Shown here piece after piece: positions 31,228-40,059 of a stretch of 64,000 nucleotides of DNA. The translations under genes and the position numbers were made by a program. Each line of letters starts with the position of its first letter. The first letter of the stretch is position 1. The notes beneath the pieces were generated by a model. It saw only the letters and a program-made list of their open reading frames with translations. It was not told the origin of the DNA and searched no databases. Origin of the DNA: Candidatus Cloacimonadales bacterium (GTDB lineage Bacteria > Cloacimonadota > Cloacimonadia > Cloacimonadales > JAFGVF01); assembly GCA_963663475.2 (NCBI GenBank), contig CAXXJV010000001.1:1632001-1696000 (forward strand). The letters run 5' to 3'.

Positions 31228-31878
31228 ATGAGAAAAGCTGAAAATGTAGAAAAAAAATTAACGATTTTGGTATCTTCTACTGTCTATGGAATTGAAGAGT
31301 TATTAGAACGAATTTACTCTTTGTTAACTGCTTACAACTATGAAGTATGGATGTCACACAAAGGTACTATTCCGGTATTTTCTGATAAAAATGCTTTCAG
31401 TAACTGTATTGAAGCTGTAGAAAAGTGTGATTTGTTTCTTGGTATTATTACTTCTAACTATGGAAGTGGCATTAAGGAAGGAGAATTATCAATAACTCAT
31501 AAAGAGATGAAAAAGGCAATTGAGTTAAAAAAGCCTAGGTGGTTTTTAGCACATGATCAAGTTGTTTTTGCTAGAAGATTATTGTATGATCTTGGATATA
31601 AAAATAGTACTGAGCGAGAACAATTATCACTAAAAAGGAAAGCTTTGTCTATATCTGATCTACGTGTAATTCAAATGTATGAAGATGCTACTATGGAAAA
31701 ATTACCCTTAGATGACAGACAAGGTAATTGGGTCCAGAAATTCGATCGTGACGATGATGCAAATCTATTTATAGTTTCGCAATTTTCTCGATATCAAGAA
31801 GTTGAAGAGCGTCTTAAGGAAAGTTTTAGTAACCCAGAACTTATAAAAGCTAAAATTAAAGAGGATATAAATGGATAA
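31228..31878 (+). CDS. DUF4062-like (TIR / nucleoside deoxyribosyltransferase-like fold) protein
   Basis: ILVSSTV, CIEAVEKCDLFLGII..YGS, SITHKEMKKA..KKP pattern. Confidence 0.75.
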   Translation: MRKAENVEKKLTILVSSTVYGIEELLERIYSLLTAYNYEVWMSHKGTIPVFSDKNAFSNCIEAVEKCDLFLGIITSNYGSGIKEGELSITHKEMKKAIELKKPRWFLAHDQVVFARRLLYDLGYKNSTEREQLSLKRKALSISDLRVIQMYEDATMEKLPLDDRQGNWVQKFDRDDDANLFIVSQFSRYQEVEERLKESFSNPELIKAKIKEDING

Positions 31879-33343
31879 GAAAAAACTCTTGAATTTACTT
31901 TCTTTAGGAGAAAATCAAACTATTGAATTTAAAAGTAGGGCTGATGTGGAAGTAATTGGCAAGCATGTTTGCGCTTTTTTAAATAGTAGTGGTGGTTTTG
32001 TTATCTGTGGAATTGAGAATAATTCAATAATAGGATTAGAAGCAGCTAATTCTATTAGAAACAAATTAGAGGTGCAACTTTCAAAAAGTATTAAGCCATC
32101 ATCTTTGATCTCAATTGATATTCAGAATATTGATGATAAATATCTTCTTATTGTTGAAGTTCCAGGAGGAAAAGATATCCCCTATTCTTTTAATAATAAT
32201 ATCTATGTAAGAGAAAGATCATCAACCAAAAGAGCAGATATCGAAGTTATTACTGATATGGTTATGAGAAAACAAATTGAACCTGAAAGATGGGAACGAA
32301 GATTCTCAACACTTGAAAATTTAGAAATTTTATCAAGAAAAGAGTTGTTTAAACTATTTAATTCCAATAAATTCGTTCGTGATATCGGCAAATCAGATAA
32401 TATTTTAGATAATCTCCAAAAAGTATCATTAGCCAAGTACGGAAGACTTACAAATGCTGCAGATATTCTATTTAGCAAAAATCCAGGAGAAAGGCATCCT
32501 CAAGCTAGAGTTAGAGCTGTTTGTTATACCAGAAAACAAGATAATGAGTATCAAGATTTTCAACAATTAGATGGACCTTTAACCGTTGTTTTGGAAAAAC
32601 TAATTCTTTTTATTGAGAGAAATACTCCCACTAAAGCTCATTTTTCCAATAACAAGGCAATTCGAGATGATATTCCCTTATTACCACGTGACGCAATTAG
32701 AGAAGGGTTAGTTAATGCCTTTGCTCATCGTGACTATGCAGATTTTACAGGAGGAATAAAAGTTGAGGTTGCTCCTGATAAAGTTGTTATCTGGAATTCA
32801 GGTAGTTTCCCTGATGGAATAGATACAAAAAAATTAGAGAAAGGTAATATCTCAATTTTACGAAATCCTGATATTGCTCATATTTTATATATGCTTGGAT
32901 ATATGGAAAAACTTGGTAGAGGAAGTATTTTAATTCGTAAATCATGCTCAAAGGCTGGATTACCAAAACCTGAATGGATTTCTGATAGTAAGACTGGAGT
33001 AACTCTTACTTTTTTCATCAGGCAAGATAGCGGGCAAGATAGCGGGCATGATAGCGGTCATGATAGCGGTCATGATAGCGGTCATGATATAGATGAAATA
33101 GTTAGTCTAATTACACAATATGTTCGGATTTTAATAATTAGTATTAATGGGGAGATGGCGAGACATGAACTTCAAGATAAAGTGAACATAAAGCACAGAG
33201 ATACTTTTTTTAAAAATTATCTCAAACCTGCACTCGAAAAAGGGCTAGTTGAAAGAACAATCCCTGATAAACCAAGAAGTAAAAATCAAAGATACAGATT
33301 GACAAAACTTGGCTTGAAATTACAAGAAAGGATAACTAAATGA
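31871..33343 (+). CDS. Schlafen/AlbA_2 domain + HATPase_c_4 + C-terminal wHTH protein
   Basis: GENQTIEFKS..CAFLNSSGG..I.GI (AlbA_2); REGLVNAFAHRDY, NSGS, LRNPDIA, EKLGRGS (HATPase_c_4); PDKPRSKNQRYRLT C-terminus. Confidence 0.85.
   Translation: MDKKKLLNLLSLGENQTIEFKSRADVEVIGKHVCAFLNSSGGFVICGIENNSIIGLEAANSIRNKLEVQLSKSIKPSSLISIDIQNIDDKYLLIVEVPGGKDIPYSFNNNIYVRERSSTKRADIEVITDMVMRKQIEPERWERRFSTLENLEILSRKELFKLFNSNKFVRDIGKSDNILDNLQKVSLAKYGRLTNAADILFSKNPGERHPQARVRAVCYTRKQDNEYQDFQQLDGPLTVVLEKLILFIERNTPTKAHFSNNKAIRDDIPLLPRDAIREGLVNAFAHRDYADFTGGIKVEVAPDKVVIWNSGSFPDGIDTKKLEKGNISILRNPDIAHILYMLGYMEKLGRGSILIRKSCSKAGLPKPEWISDSKTGVTLTFFIRQDSGQDSGHDSGHDSGHDSGHDIDEIVSLITQYVRILIISINGEMARHELQDKVNIKHRDTFFKNYLKPALEKGLVERTIPDKPRSKNQRYRLTKLGLKLQERITK
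33021..33090 (+). repeat. In-frame 12-bp tandem repeat encoding (Q/H)DSG, about 5.5 units
   Basis: CAAGATAGCGGG x2, CATGATAGCGGT x3, then partial CATGATA. Confidence 0.95.
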
Positions 33344-34818
33344 CCCAAAGAGATTTAGAAAAGTACCTCTGGGGAGCTGCAACCTCCCTCAGGGGTACCA
33401 TAGATGCAGGTGATTATAAACAATATATTTTCCCTCTCCTTTTCTTCAAGAGGCTTTGTGATATTTTCGATGAAGAACTTGAATCTGCTATGGAAGAGAG
33501 TGGTGGAGATCTAGAGTTTGCTGAATTTGCTGAGAATCACCGATTTCAAGTACCCAAAGGATCTCATTGGAATGATGTTAGAGAAGTTACAGTAAATGTA
33601 GGTACTGCTCTGCAGAATGCCATGCGTGAGATTGAAAAAGCAAATCCAGAAACACTCTATGGTATTTTTGGTGATGCATCTTGGTCAAACAAAAACCGTC
33701 TTTCAGATGAAACATTAATTAATCTAATTGAACACTTCTCCAAACATAAACTTAGCTCAAGCAATGTTCCTGATGATCAATTGGGAAATGCTTATGAATA
33801 CCTGATTAAAGAGTTTGCTGATGATAGTGGCCATACAGCTGCCGAATTTTATACTAATCGGACTGTGGTTAAGCTTATGACTATGATTATGGATCCTCAG
33901 CCTGGGGAATCTGTCTATGACCCAACTTGTGGTTCAGGTGGACTCTTACTTAATTGTGCTCTTCATCTAAAGGAAGAGGGAAAAGAGTATCGGACACTAA
34001 AGCTTTATGGACAAGAGATAAACCTGATAACCTCTGCTATAGCCAGAATGAATATGTTTATGCATGGGATTGAAGAGTTTTCTATTGTTCGTGGTGATAC
34101 TTTAGCAAGTCCAGCCTTTATTGAAAATGACCAACTAAAAAAGTTTAATGTGATTCTGGCAAATCCTCCCTACTCAATTAAAGCATGGGATAGAAAAAGT
34201 TTTGAGAATGACCCTTACGGTAGGAATATATGGGGAACTCCTCCTCAAGGCTGTGCTGATTATGCTTTTGAGCAACATATACATAAAAGCATGTGTAAAA
34301 AAAATGGAAGATGTGTTCAGTTGTGGCCTCATGGTATCCTTTTTCGTGACAATGAAAAGAAAATGAGAAAACAAATGATTGAAACTGACACAATTGAGTG
34401 TGTTATAGCTCTTGGAAAAAATCTCTTCTATAATTCTTCTATGGAGGCTGCACTTTTGATTCGGAGAATAAATAAAGATAAAAGAAAAAAGGGAAAAATT
34501 CTTTTTATTAATGCTTTTGAGGAAATAAAAGATGAAAAAACAATCTCTTACTTACTTGATGAACACATTGAAAAAATATTCAGAGCTTATAAAAAATATG
34601 AAAATATTGATGGTTTTGCCAAAATTGTAGATATCGAAACAATTATGAAAAATGATGGGGCTCTTCTTGTCACAAATTACGTAAAATCGTCTCGTATTAA
34701 AGAAAGTGTCCAGTTATCTGTAGAGGAGTCTTTTGCTAATTGGAAAATAAGCACTGAAAATTTGACAAAAAGTATTAATAAATTACTTAGTACATTGGAA
34801 AACAATTATGAAGTTTAA
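33340..34818 (+). CDS. hsdM: Type I RM methyltransferase M2 (NPPY class)
   Basis: AEFYTNRTV, YDPTCGSGG, LANPPY; clearly paralogous to M1. Confidence 0.95.
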   Translation: MTQRDLEKYLWGAATSLRGTIDAGDYKQYIFPLLFFKRLCDIFDEELESAMEESGGDLEFAEFAENHRFQVPKGSHWNDVREVTVNVGTALQNAMREIEKANPETLYGIFGDASWSNKNRLSDETLINLIEHFSKHKLSSSNVPDDQLGNAYEYLIKEFADDSGHTAAEFYTNRTVVKLMTMIMDPQPGESVYDPTCGSGGLLLNCALHLKEEGKEYRTLKLYGQEINLITSAIARMNMFMHGIEEFSIVRGDTLASPAFIENDQLKKFNVILANPPYSIKAWDRKSFENDPYGRNIWGTPPQGCADYAFEQHIHKSMCKKNGRCVQLWPHGILFRDNEKKMRKQMIETDTIECVIALGKNLFYNSSMEAALLIRRINKDKRKKGKILFINAFEEIKDEKTISYLLDEHIEKIFRAYKKYENIDGFAKIVDIETIMKNDGALLVTNYVKSSRIKESVQLSVEESFANWKISTENLTKSINKLLSTLENNYEV

Positions 34819-35989
34819 AATTGATAGAAGAGATTGGAAGAAAGTAAGCCTAAGTGATGTGGTCGTAAAGAAGGAAGAGAATAATAAAGACTATGCCAGA
34901 AATATGTTTGATCGATTTTTAAAGGTTGATCACATGGATGCAGAATCTCTTCATATTAAAAGATGGTCAAGCCAGAAAGCTGGTGATGAACTAAATCCAA
35001 CATTTTATAAAGTTTTTAGAAAAGGGCAAATACTTTATCCTACACGTAATCCTCATTTAAAAAGGGCAGTTTTAGCTACTTTTGATGGTATTTGTGGAGA
35101 GAAAACACTTACATTAGCACCGAATTATGATAAAATTATACCTGAATTTATACCTTTTTTGTTTCATAGTGAGAATTTCTATAAACATACAATCTCAGCG
35201 ATAATTGGCTCAACTAATCCGCATGTTAGATGGAGAGATGTTGCTAGTTTCCAGTTCCTCCTACCCCCAAAAGACCAACAAAAGAAAATAGCTGAATTGC
35301 TTTGGGCAATGGATGAGGTGATAGAGAAAGATAATGATATTTTGGAAAGTTCAAGAAAATCTTTACAAGTTTTCATAGAAGAATTTGTCCCAAGAAAGTG
35401 TGAAGATTATTGGAGACTAGGTGATATTATATCTACCAGAAAAGGAGTGACATATAAAAGTACTGACTATTCTAACAGTGGAAAAGGAATACCACTATTA
35501 AATCTGAAGTCAATAGAGCGAGGGGGTGGTTTTAATAAAAATGGTCTTAAATACTTCAAAGGTGAATATAATGAGTCTCATTTAGCTAAAAATGATGATT
35601 TAATAGTTGCTTGTACAGATCTTACAAGGGCTGGAAATGTGGTTGGATATCCATTACATCCCAGTGTTTACCAAAACAAGAAAATGCTGCTAACAATGGA
35701 TTTGATAGCAATTGAAATAAAAAATCATGAATTACTTAGAGATTATCTTTACTATGTTCTAAAATCTCAATGGATACATTGGAAGTTATTTGCTAATTCC
35801 CCAGGAACTACTGTTCTTCATCTTGATTTGAAAGGAATGTTGAATTTAAAAATTCCTAAATTTTCAACTGAAGTTCAGAATAATAGAGTAAAAAAACTCA
35901 AAAACATCGATAAAAATATCCTTATTATTGAAGATAAAATATACTCTTCAAAATCATTACAAAAATCACTAATCAACCAGATATTCTAA
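34808..35989 (+). CDS. hsdS: Type I RM specificity subunit
   Basis: Two TRD-like halves with conserved LPPKDQQKKIAELL and KSLQKSLINQIF segments. Confidence 0.9.
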   Translation: MKFKIDRRDWKKVSLSDVVVKKEENNKDYARNMFDRFLKVDHMDAESLHIKRWSSQKAGDELNPTFYKVFRKGQILYPTRNPHLKRAVLATFDGICGEKTLTLAPNYDKIIPEFIPFLFHSENFYKHTISAIIGSTNPHVRWRDVASFQFLLPPKDQQKKIAELLWAMDEVIEKDNDILESSRKSLQVFIEEFVPRKCEDYWRLGDIISTRKGVTYKSTDYSNSGKGIPLLNLKSIERGGGFNKNGLKYFKGEYNESHLAKNDDLIVACTDLTRAGNVVGYPLHPSVYQNKKMLLTMDLIAIEIKNHELLRDYLYYVLKSQWIHWKLFANSPGTTVLHLDLKGMLNLKIPKFSTEVQNNRVKKLKNIDKNILIIEDKIYSSKSLQKSLINQIF

Positions 35990-35991
35990 CT

Positions 35992-36954
35992 ATGAAAGAC
36001 TACTACTATCCTGACTCAAGATGGAAAAATTATAATATAACATCTAAGGAAGAATTCGTTAAACATTATGTTATAAAAGGAAAGTTTCATAAAGATGTTC
36101 CAAAAGATATTGTGGATGCTTACACTACAATTGAATATTTATTAGCACATTCATATTACTGGTGGCCAATGTATGACGAAGCTTTCCTTAAGGTTTTAAT
36201 GCTTTTAGAAACAGCTGTAAAAATCCGAGCTAAATCATTAGGGATTAGTCTAAAAATAACGAATAATAAGAGTAAAGAATTTAATAAAAAATTGTCTAAA
36301 CTAATAGATGAAGTCTGTATTATACTAGATTCAGATATTTTAAAATCTCAGTTACATAGAGCCAGAAAAATTAGAAATCCTAGCATTCATAAAGATTCAA
36401 ATAGTTATATGGGAGCAATGGGAGGACTAAAAGATAACCTCTATTTATTTGTAAATCTGATTAATTATCTATTTCTAACGAAAAAGCAAATAATAACAAG
36501 TGAAAGCCAACAAGACAAGATAAAAGAATTTTTAAATAAATTAGCCCAACCTCTGGCAATTCTTGAAATAGAGCAAAGCAGAATTCTTATTAAAGGATTT
36601 TCGATAGTTAATTATTTTAAATTCAATACTGAGTTATTGTTGATATCATGCATTCCAGTTATAAATGATTTATATGAAACCCTTAATAATGGTAGTCTTC
36701 CTGACCCAATACTTGTGGTATCTAAGAGTTTTCAGTTGGGGGATGGATCAATCAGCGGTAGAACTCTTGAAGGACAAAAATTTATGATAATCCAGACTTT
36801 AGATCAAAGAAACCTTGATAAATTAAAACTAGACCAAGATGACTATAAGAAATTAGATCATATATTAAAGAGTCACTATGATTATAATAACAGAGTTCAA
36901 CATGGTTGGGAGATACAACGAATTATATACGAGCAAGTTTGGGAGGGAAATTAA
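35992..36954 (+). CDS. Hypothetical protein with N-terminal HEPN-like Rx4H motif
   Basis: LETAVK helix followed by RKIRNPSIH; located between hsdS and hsdR. Confidence 0.55.
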   Translation: MKDYYYPDSRWKNYNITSKEEFVKHYVIKGKFHKDVPKDIVDAYTTIEYLLAHSYYWWPMYDEAFLKVLMLLETAVKIRAKSLGISLKITNNKSKEFNKKLSKLIDEVCIILDSDILKSQLHRARKIRNPSIHKDSNSYMGAMGGLKDNLYLFVNLINYLFLTKKQIITSESQQDKIKEFLNKLAQPLAILEIEQSRILIKGFSIVNYFKFNTELLLISCIPVINDLYETLNNGSLPDPILVVSKSFQLGDGSISGRTLEGQKFMIIQTLDQRNLDKLKLDQDDYKKLDHILKSHYDYNNRVQHGWEIQRIIYEQVWEGN

Positions 36955-36956
36955 TT

Positions 36957-39929
36957 ATGACATTCACAGAATTAAACAGTGTAGAACATTACATAATTCA
37001 TAAATTAAGTGGTAAAAACTTAAATAAGGCTGATAAACAAGCTTATGAAGGGGAAACACCATATAACACTAAATGGCAATACATATCTTCTGAAAACTTG
37101 AACAGAGGTATTAACGAAGTTCTTGTTGAAAGTGATTTGATAGAAGCTTTGGTTAGACTTAACCCCGAAATAAGTGCTAGACCAGAATTTGCTGATGAAG
37201 TAATTTATAAACTAAGAGCTATTTTAATTTCTGTTAATCAAGTTGGCTTAGTTAAAGCAAACGAAGAGTTTTTCAAATGGTTAACGAATGAAAAGACTAT
37301 GCCTTTTGGCAAGAACAGTCATCATGTACCTGTCAAATTAATAGATTTTGAGAATTTAGCTAACAATAAATATATCGTAACTAATCAGTTTAGAATCAGG
37401 CATAGAGAGACAAAAATCCCTGATGTTGTGTTTATGATAAATGGAATTCCGCTGGTAGTAGGAGAAGCTAAAACGCCAATTAGACCTTCCGTCAGCTGGC
37501 TTGATGGTGCTCATGAAATCCATGATATCTATGAAAATGCTGTCCCCGCTCTCTTTGTCCCTAATGTTTTATCTTTTGCTACCGAGGGAAAGGAGCTCTT
37601 TTATGGACCTGTTCGTTGCCCTTTAGAATTCTGGTCTCCCTGGAGAACTCAAGATAAAAGTCATGATTTAGCTAAGGCCTTAGGACTTGCCGAGATTGGA
37701 CTAGAGTTGTCAAATCTACTTAATCCCAGATGCTTATTAGATATTCTACAATACTTTTCTCTCTATTCAACAAATAAGAAAAAACAAAGGATGAAGATAA
37801 TTTGTCGTTATCAACAGTATGAGGGTGCTAATAGGATAGTAGAGCGAGTTAAAGAAGGTATTATAAAAAAGGGCTTAATCTGGCATTTCCAAGGATCAGG
37901 CAAATCACTGCTTATGGTCTTTGCTGCCCAGAAACTTCGTAAATCAGCTCAACTGAAAAGTCCAACAGTTATTGTCCTAGTAGACAGAACAGATCTCGAT
38001 ACCCAAATAACGGGCACTTTTAATGCTACCGACATTCCTAATGTGGAGACAACAGACAGTATTAGAAAACTTCAAACTCTTTTGGAAAGAGATACTCGTA
38101 AGATAATAATATCTATGATTCATAAATTTAAAGATGTAAAACCAAACATGAATACTCGTCAGAATATAATAGTTTTGGTTGATGAAGCTCATCGAACCCA
38201 AGAGGGTGATTTAGGTCGTCAAATGAGAGCTGCTTTGCCTAATGCTTTTCTCTTTGGACTTACTGGTACACCTGTAAATAAAGCTGATAAAAACACTTTT
38301 TGGGCTTTTGGTGCTGAGGAAGATGATGGTGGTTATATGTCCCGATATACCTTCCAAGATTCAATCAGGGATGGAGCAACCCTACCTTTGCATTTTGAAC
38401 CTCGTTTGATAGATGTTCATGTTGATAAAGAGTCTATAGATAAGGCTTTTGCAGAGTTCAAAGAGACCTCAGCCTTATCAGATGAAGAAGCTGATGAACT
38501 TAATAAGAAATCAGCTAAAATGTCAGTTTTTCTTAAAGCACCTGACCGAGTGGCAAGGATAATTAAAGATATTGCTAAACACTTTAAAGAAAAGGTTGAA
38601 CCTCATGGATTAAAAGCCATGATTGTTACCATAGATAGACATGCTTGTGTCCAGTATAAAGAGGAGTTGAACAAATATTTCCCTGATGAAGCAAGTTCTG
38701 TTGTTATCTCTACTTCAGCAAATGATGATTTAGATTTTAAACAAAAATGGGCAATAACCAAGAGTCAACAAGAAAACATTACTGATTCTTTTAATGATGT
38801 AAGTTCTCCGCTTAAGTTTCTTATTGTTACTTCTAAACTTCTTACTGGTTTTGATGCTCCTATCCTGCAAACAATGTATCTTGATAGAACCTTGAAAGAC
38901 CATACTCTCCTACAGGCTATTTGTCGAACCAACCGACTCTTTCCTCAAAAGAACTTTGGCCATATAGTTGATTATTTTGGTGTTTTTGATAATACTGCTA
39001 AAGCTCTACAGTTTGATGAAGCAAGTATTAAAAAAGTAATTAGCAATCTTTCAGTTCTTAAAGCTAAATTACCTGAAGCTATAAAGACTACACTCTCCCA
39101 TTTCGCTGGAGTAGATAGAAGTATTGATGGTTTTGAAGGTTTAGAAGCTGCCCAAAATGCTATTAATAATAATGAGAAAAAAGATGCCTTTGCTGAAGAT
39201 TATAAATATCTGAACAAACTTTGGGAGTCATTATCTCCAGATGAAATACTTAATTTCTATAATGATGATTATCGCTGGTTATCACAGGTCTATGAATCTG
39301 TTAAACCAGCATCTAATAATATTGGCAAACTTCTTTGGTTCTCCTTAGGAGCTCAGACAACTAAATTAATCCATGAAAATATTCATGTAGGTCATGTGCA
39401 CCAACTTGAAGAGTTTATTCTTGATGCTGATGTTGTTGAGGATATCTTTAATAATCCAGACCCTAAGAAAACCAAAGTATTAGAGAAAGAACTGATTAAA
39501 AGATTTAAGAAACATGCTGGTGATCCTAAATTTAAAAAACTTAGTGAACGCTTAGAGGAATTGCGAAACAAAGCGGAAAAAGGCTTAATTACTTCAATCG
39601 AGTTTGTTAAAGAACTATGTAAAATTGCTAAAGAGACAGTTCAAGCAGAAAAAGAGATGGCTGAGTTTATCCAGGAGAAAACTCCTAAGGCTGCTCTTAC
39701 CGAACTTTTCCTAGAGATTAAAACTGATCAAACTCCAGCGGTCGTAGAACGCATAGTTACTGATATAGATTCAATAGTTAGAGTTGTAAGATTCCCAGGT
39801 TGGCAAAACACTAGCTCTGGAGAGAGAGAAGTTCAAAAATCATTAAGAAAAGCACTTTTGAAGTACAAGTTACATAAAGATCAAGCTCTGTTTGAAAGAG
39901 CGTATGCTTATATTAGGGAGTATTATTAG
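36957..39929 (+). CDS. hsdR: Type I restriction endonuclease subunit R
   Basis: PD..NGIPLVVGEAK nuclease motif, WHFQGSGKS Walker A, DEAHR, LTGTP, LLTGFDAP, QAICRTNR. Confidence 0.96.
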   Translation: MTFTELNSVEHYIIHKLSGKNLNKADKQAYEGETPYNTKWQYISSENLNRGINEVLVESDLIEALVRLNPEISARPEFADEVIYKLRAILISVNQVGLVKANEEFFKWLTNEKTMPFGKNSHHVPVKLIDFENLANNKYIVTNQFRIRHRETKIPDVVFMINGIPLVVGEAKTPIRPSVSWLDGAHEIHDIYENAVPALFVPNVLSFATEGKELFYGPVRCPLEFWSPWRTQDKSHDLAKALGLAEIGLELSNLLNPRCLLDILQYFSLYSTNKKKQRMKIICRYQQYEGANRIVERVKEGIIKKGLIWHFQGSGKSLLMVFAAQKLRKSAQLKSPTVIVLVDRTDLDTQITGTFNATDIPNVETTDSIRKLQTLLERDTRKIIISMIHKFKDVKPNMNTRQNIIVLVDEAHRTQEGDLGRQMRAALPNAFLFGLTGTPVNKADKNTFWAFGAEEDDGGYMSRYTFQDSIRDGATLPLHFEPRLIDVHVDKESIDKAFAEFKETSALSDEEADELNKKSAKMSVFLKAPDRVARIIKDIAKHFKEKVEPHGLKAMIVTIDRHACVQYKEELNKYFPDEASSVVISTSANDDLDFKQKWAITKSQQENITDSFNDVSSPLKFLIVTSKLLTGFDAPILQTMYLDRTLKDHTLLQAICRTNRLFPQKNFGHIVDYFGVFDNTAKALQFDEASIKKVISNLSVLKAKLPEAIKTTLSHFAGVDRSIDGFEGLEAAQNAINNNEKKDAFAEDYKYLNKLWESLSPDEILNFYNDDYRWLSQVYESVKPASNNIGKLLWFSLGAQTTKLIHENIHVGHVHQLEEFILDADVVEDIFNNPDPKKTKVLEKELIKRFKKHAGDPKFKKLSERLEELRNKAEKGLITSIEFVKELCKIAKETVQAEKEMAEFIQEKTPKAALTELFLEIKTDQTPAVVERIVTDIDSIVRVVRFPGWQNTSSGEREVQKSLRKALLKYKLHKDQALFERAYAYIREYY

Positions 39930-40059
39930 AGAGTATTATTAGAGAGGTAATTATCGAGATATAAATTAATTTATTAGATGTAAAAATCTTTTCTATACTA
40001 AAGTGGAGAAGTGAATTATGCTAGGGATTTCTGGATTTTGAATAATTAAAGGAGGTGAA

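Noticed and set aside
39918-39945. 14-bp tandem duplication GAGTATTATTAGA(G) at the hsdR stop
   Set aside because: Probably local slippage; no matching partner found elsewhere by eye to define an insertion boundary.
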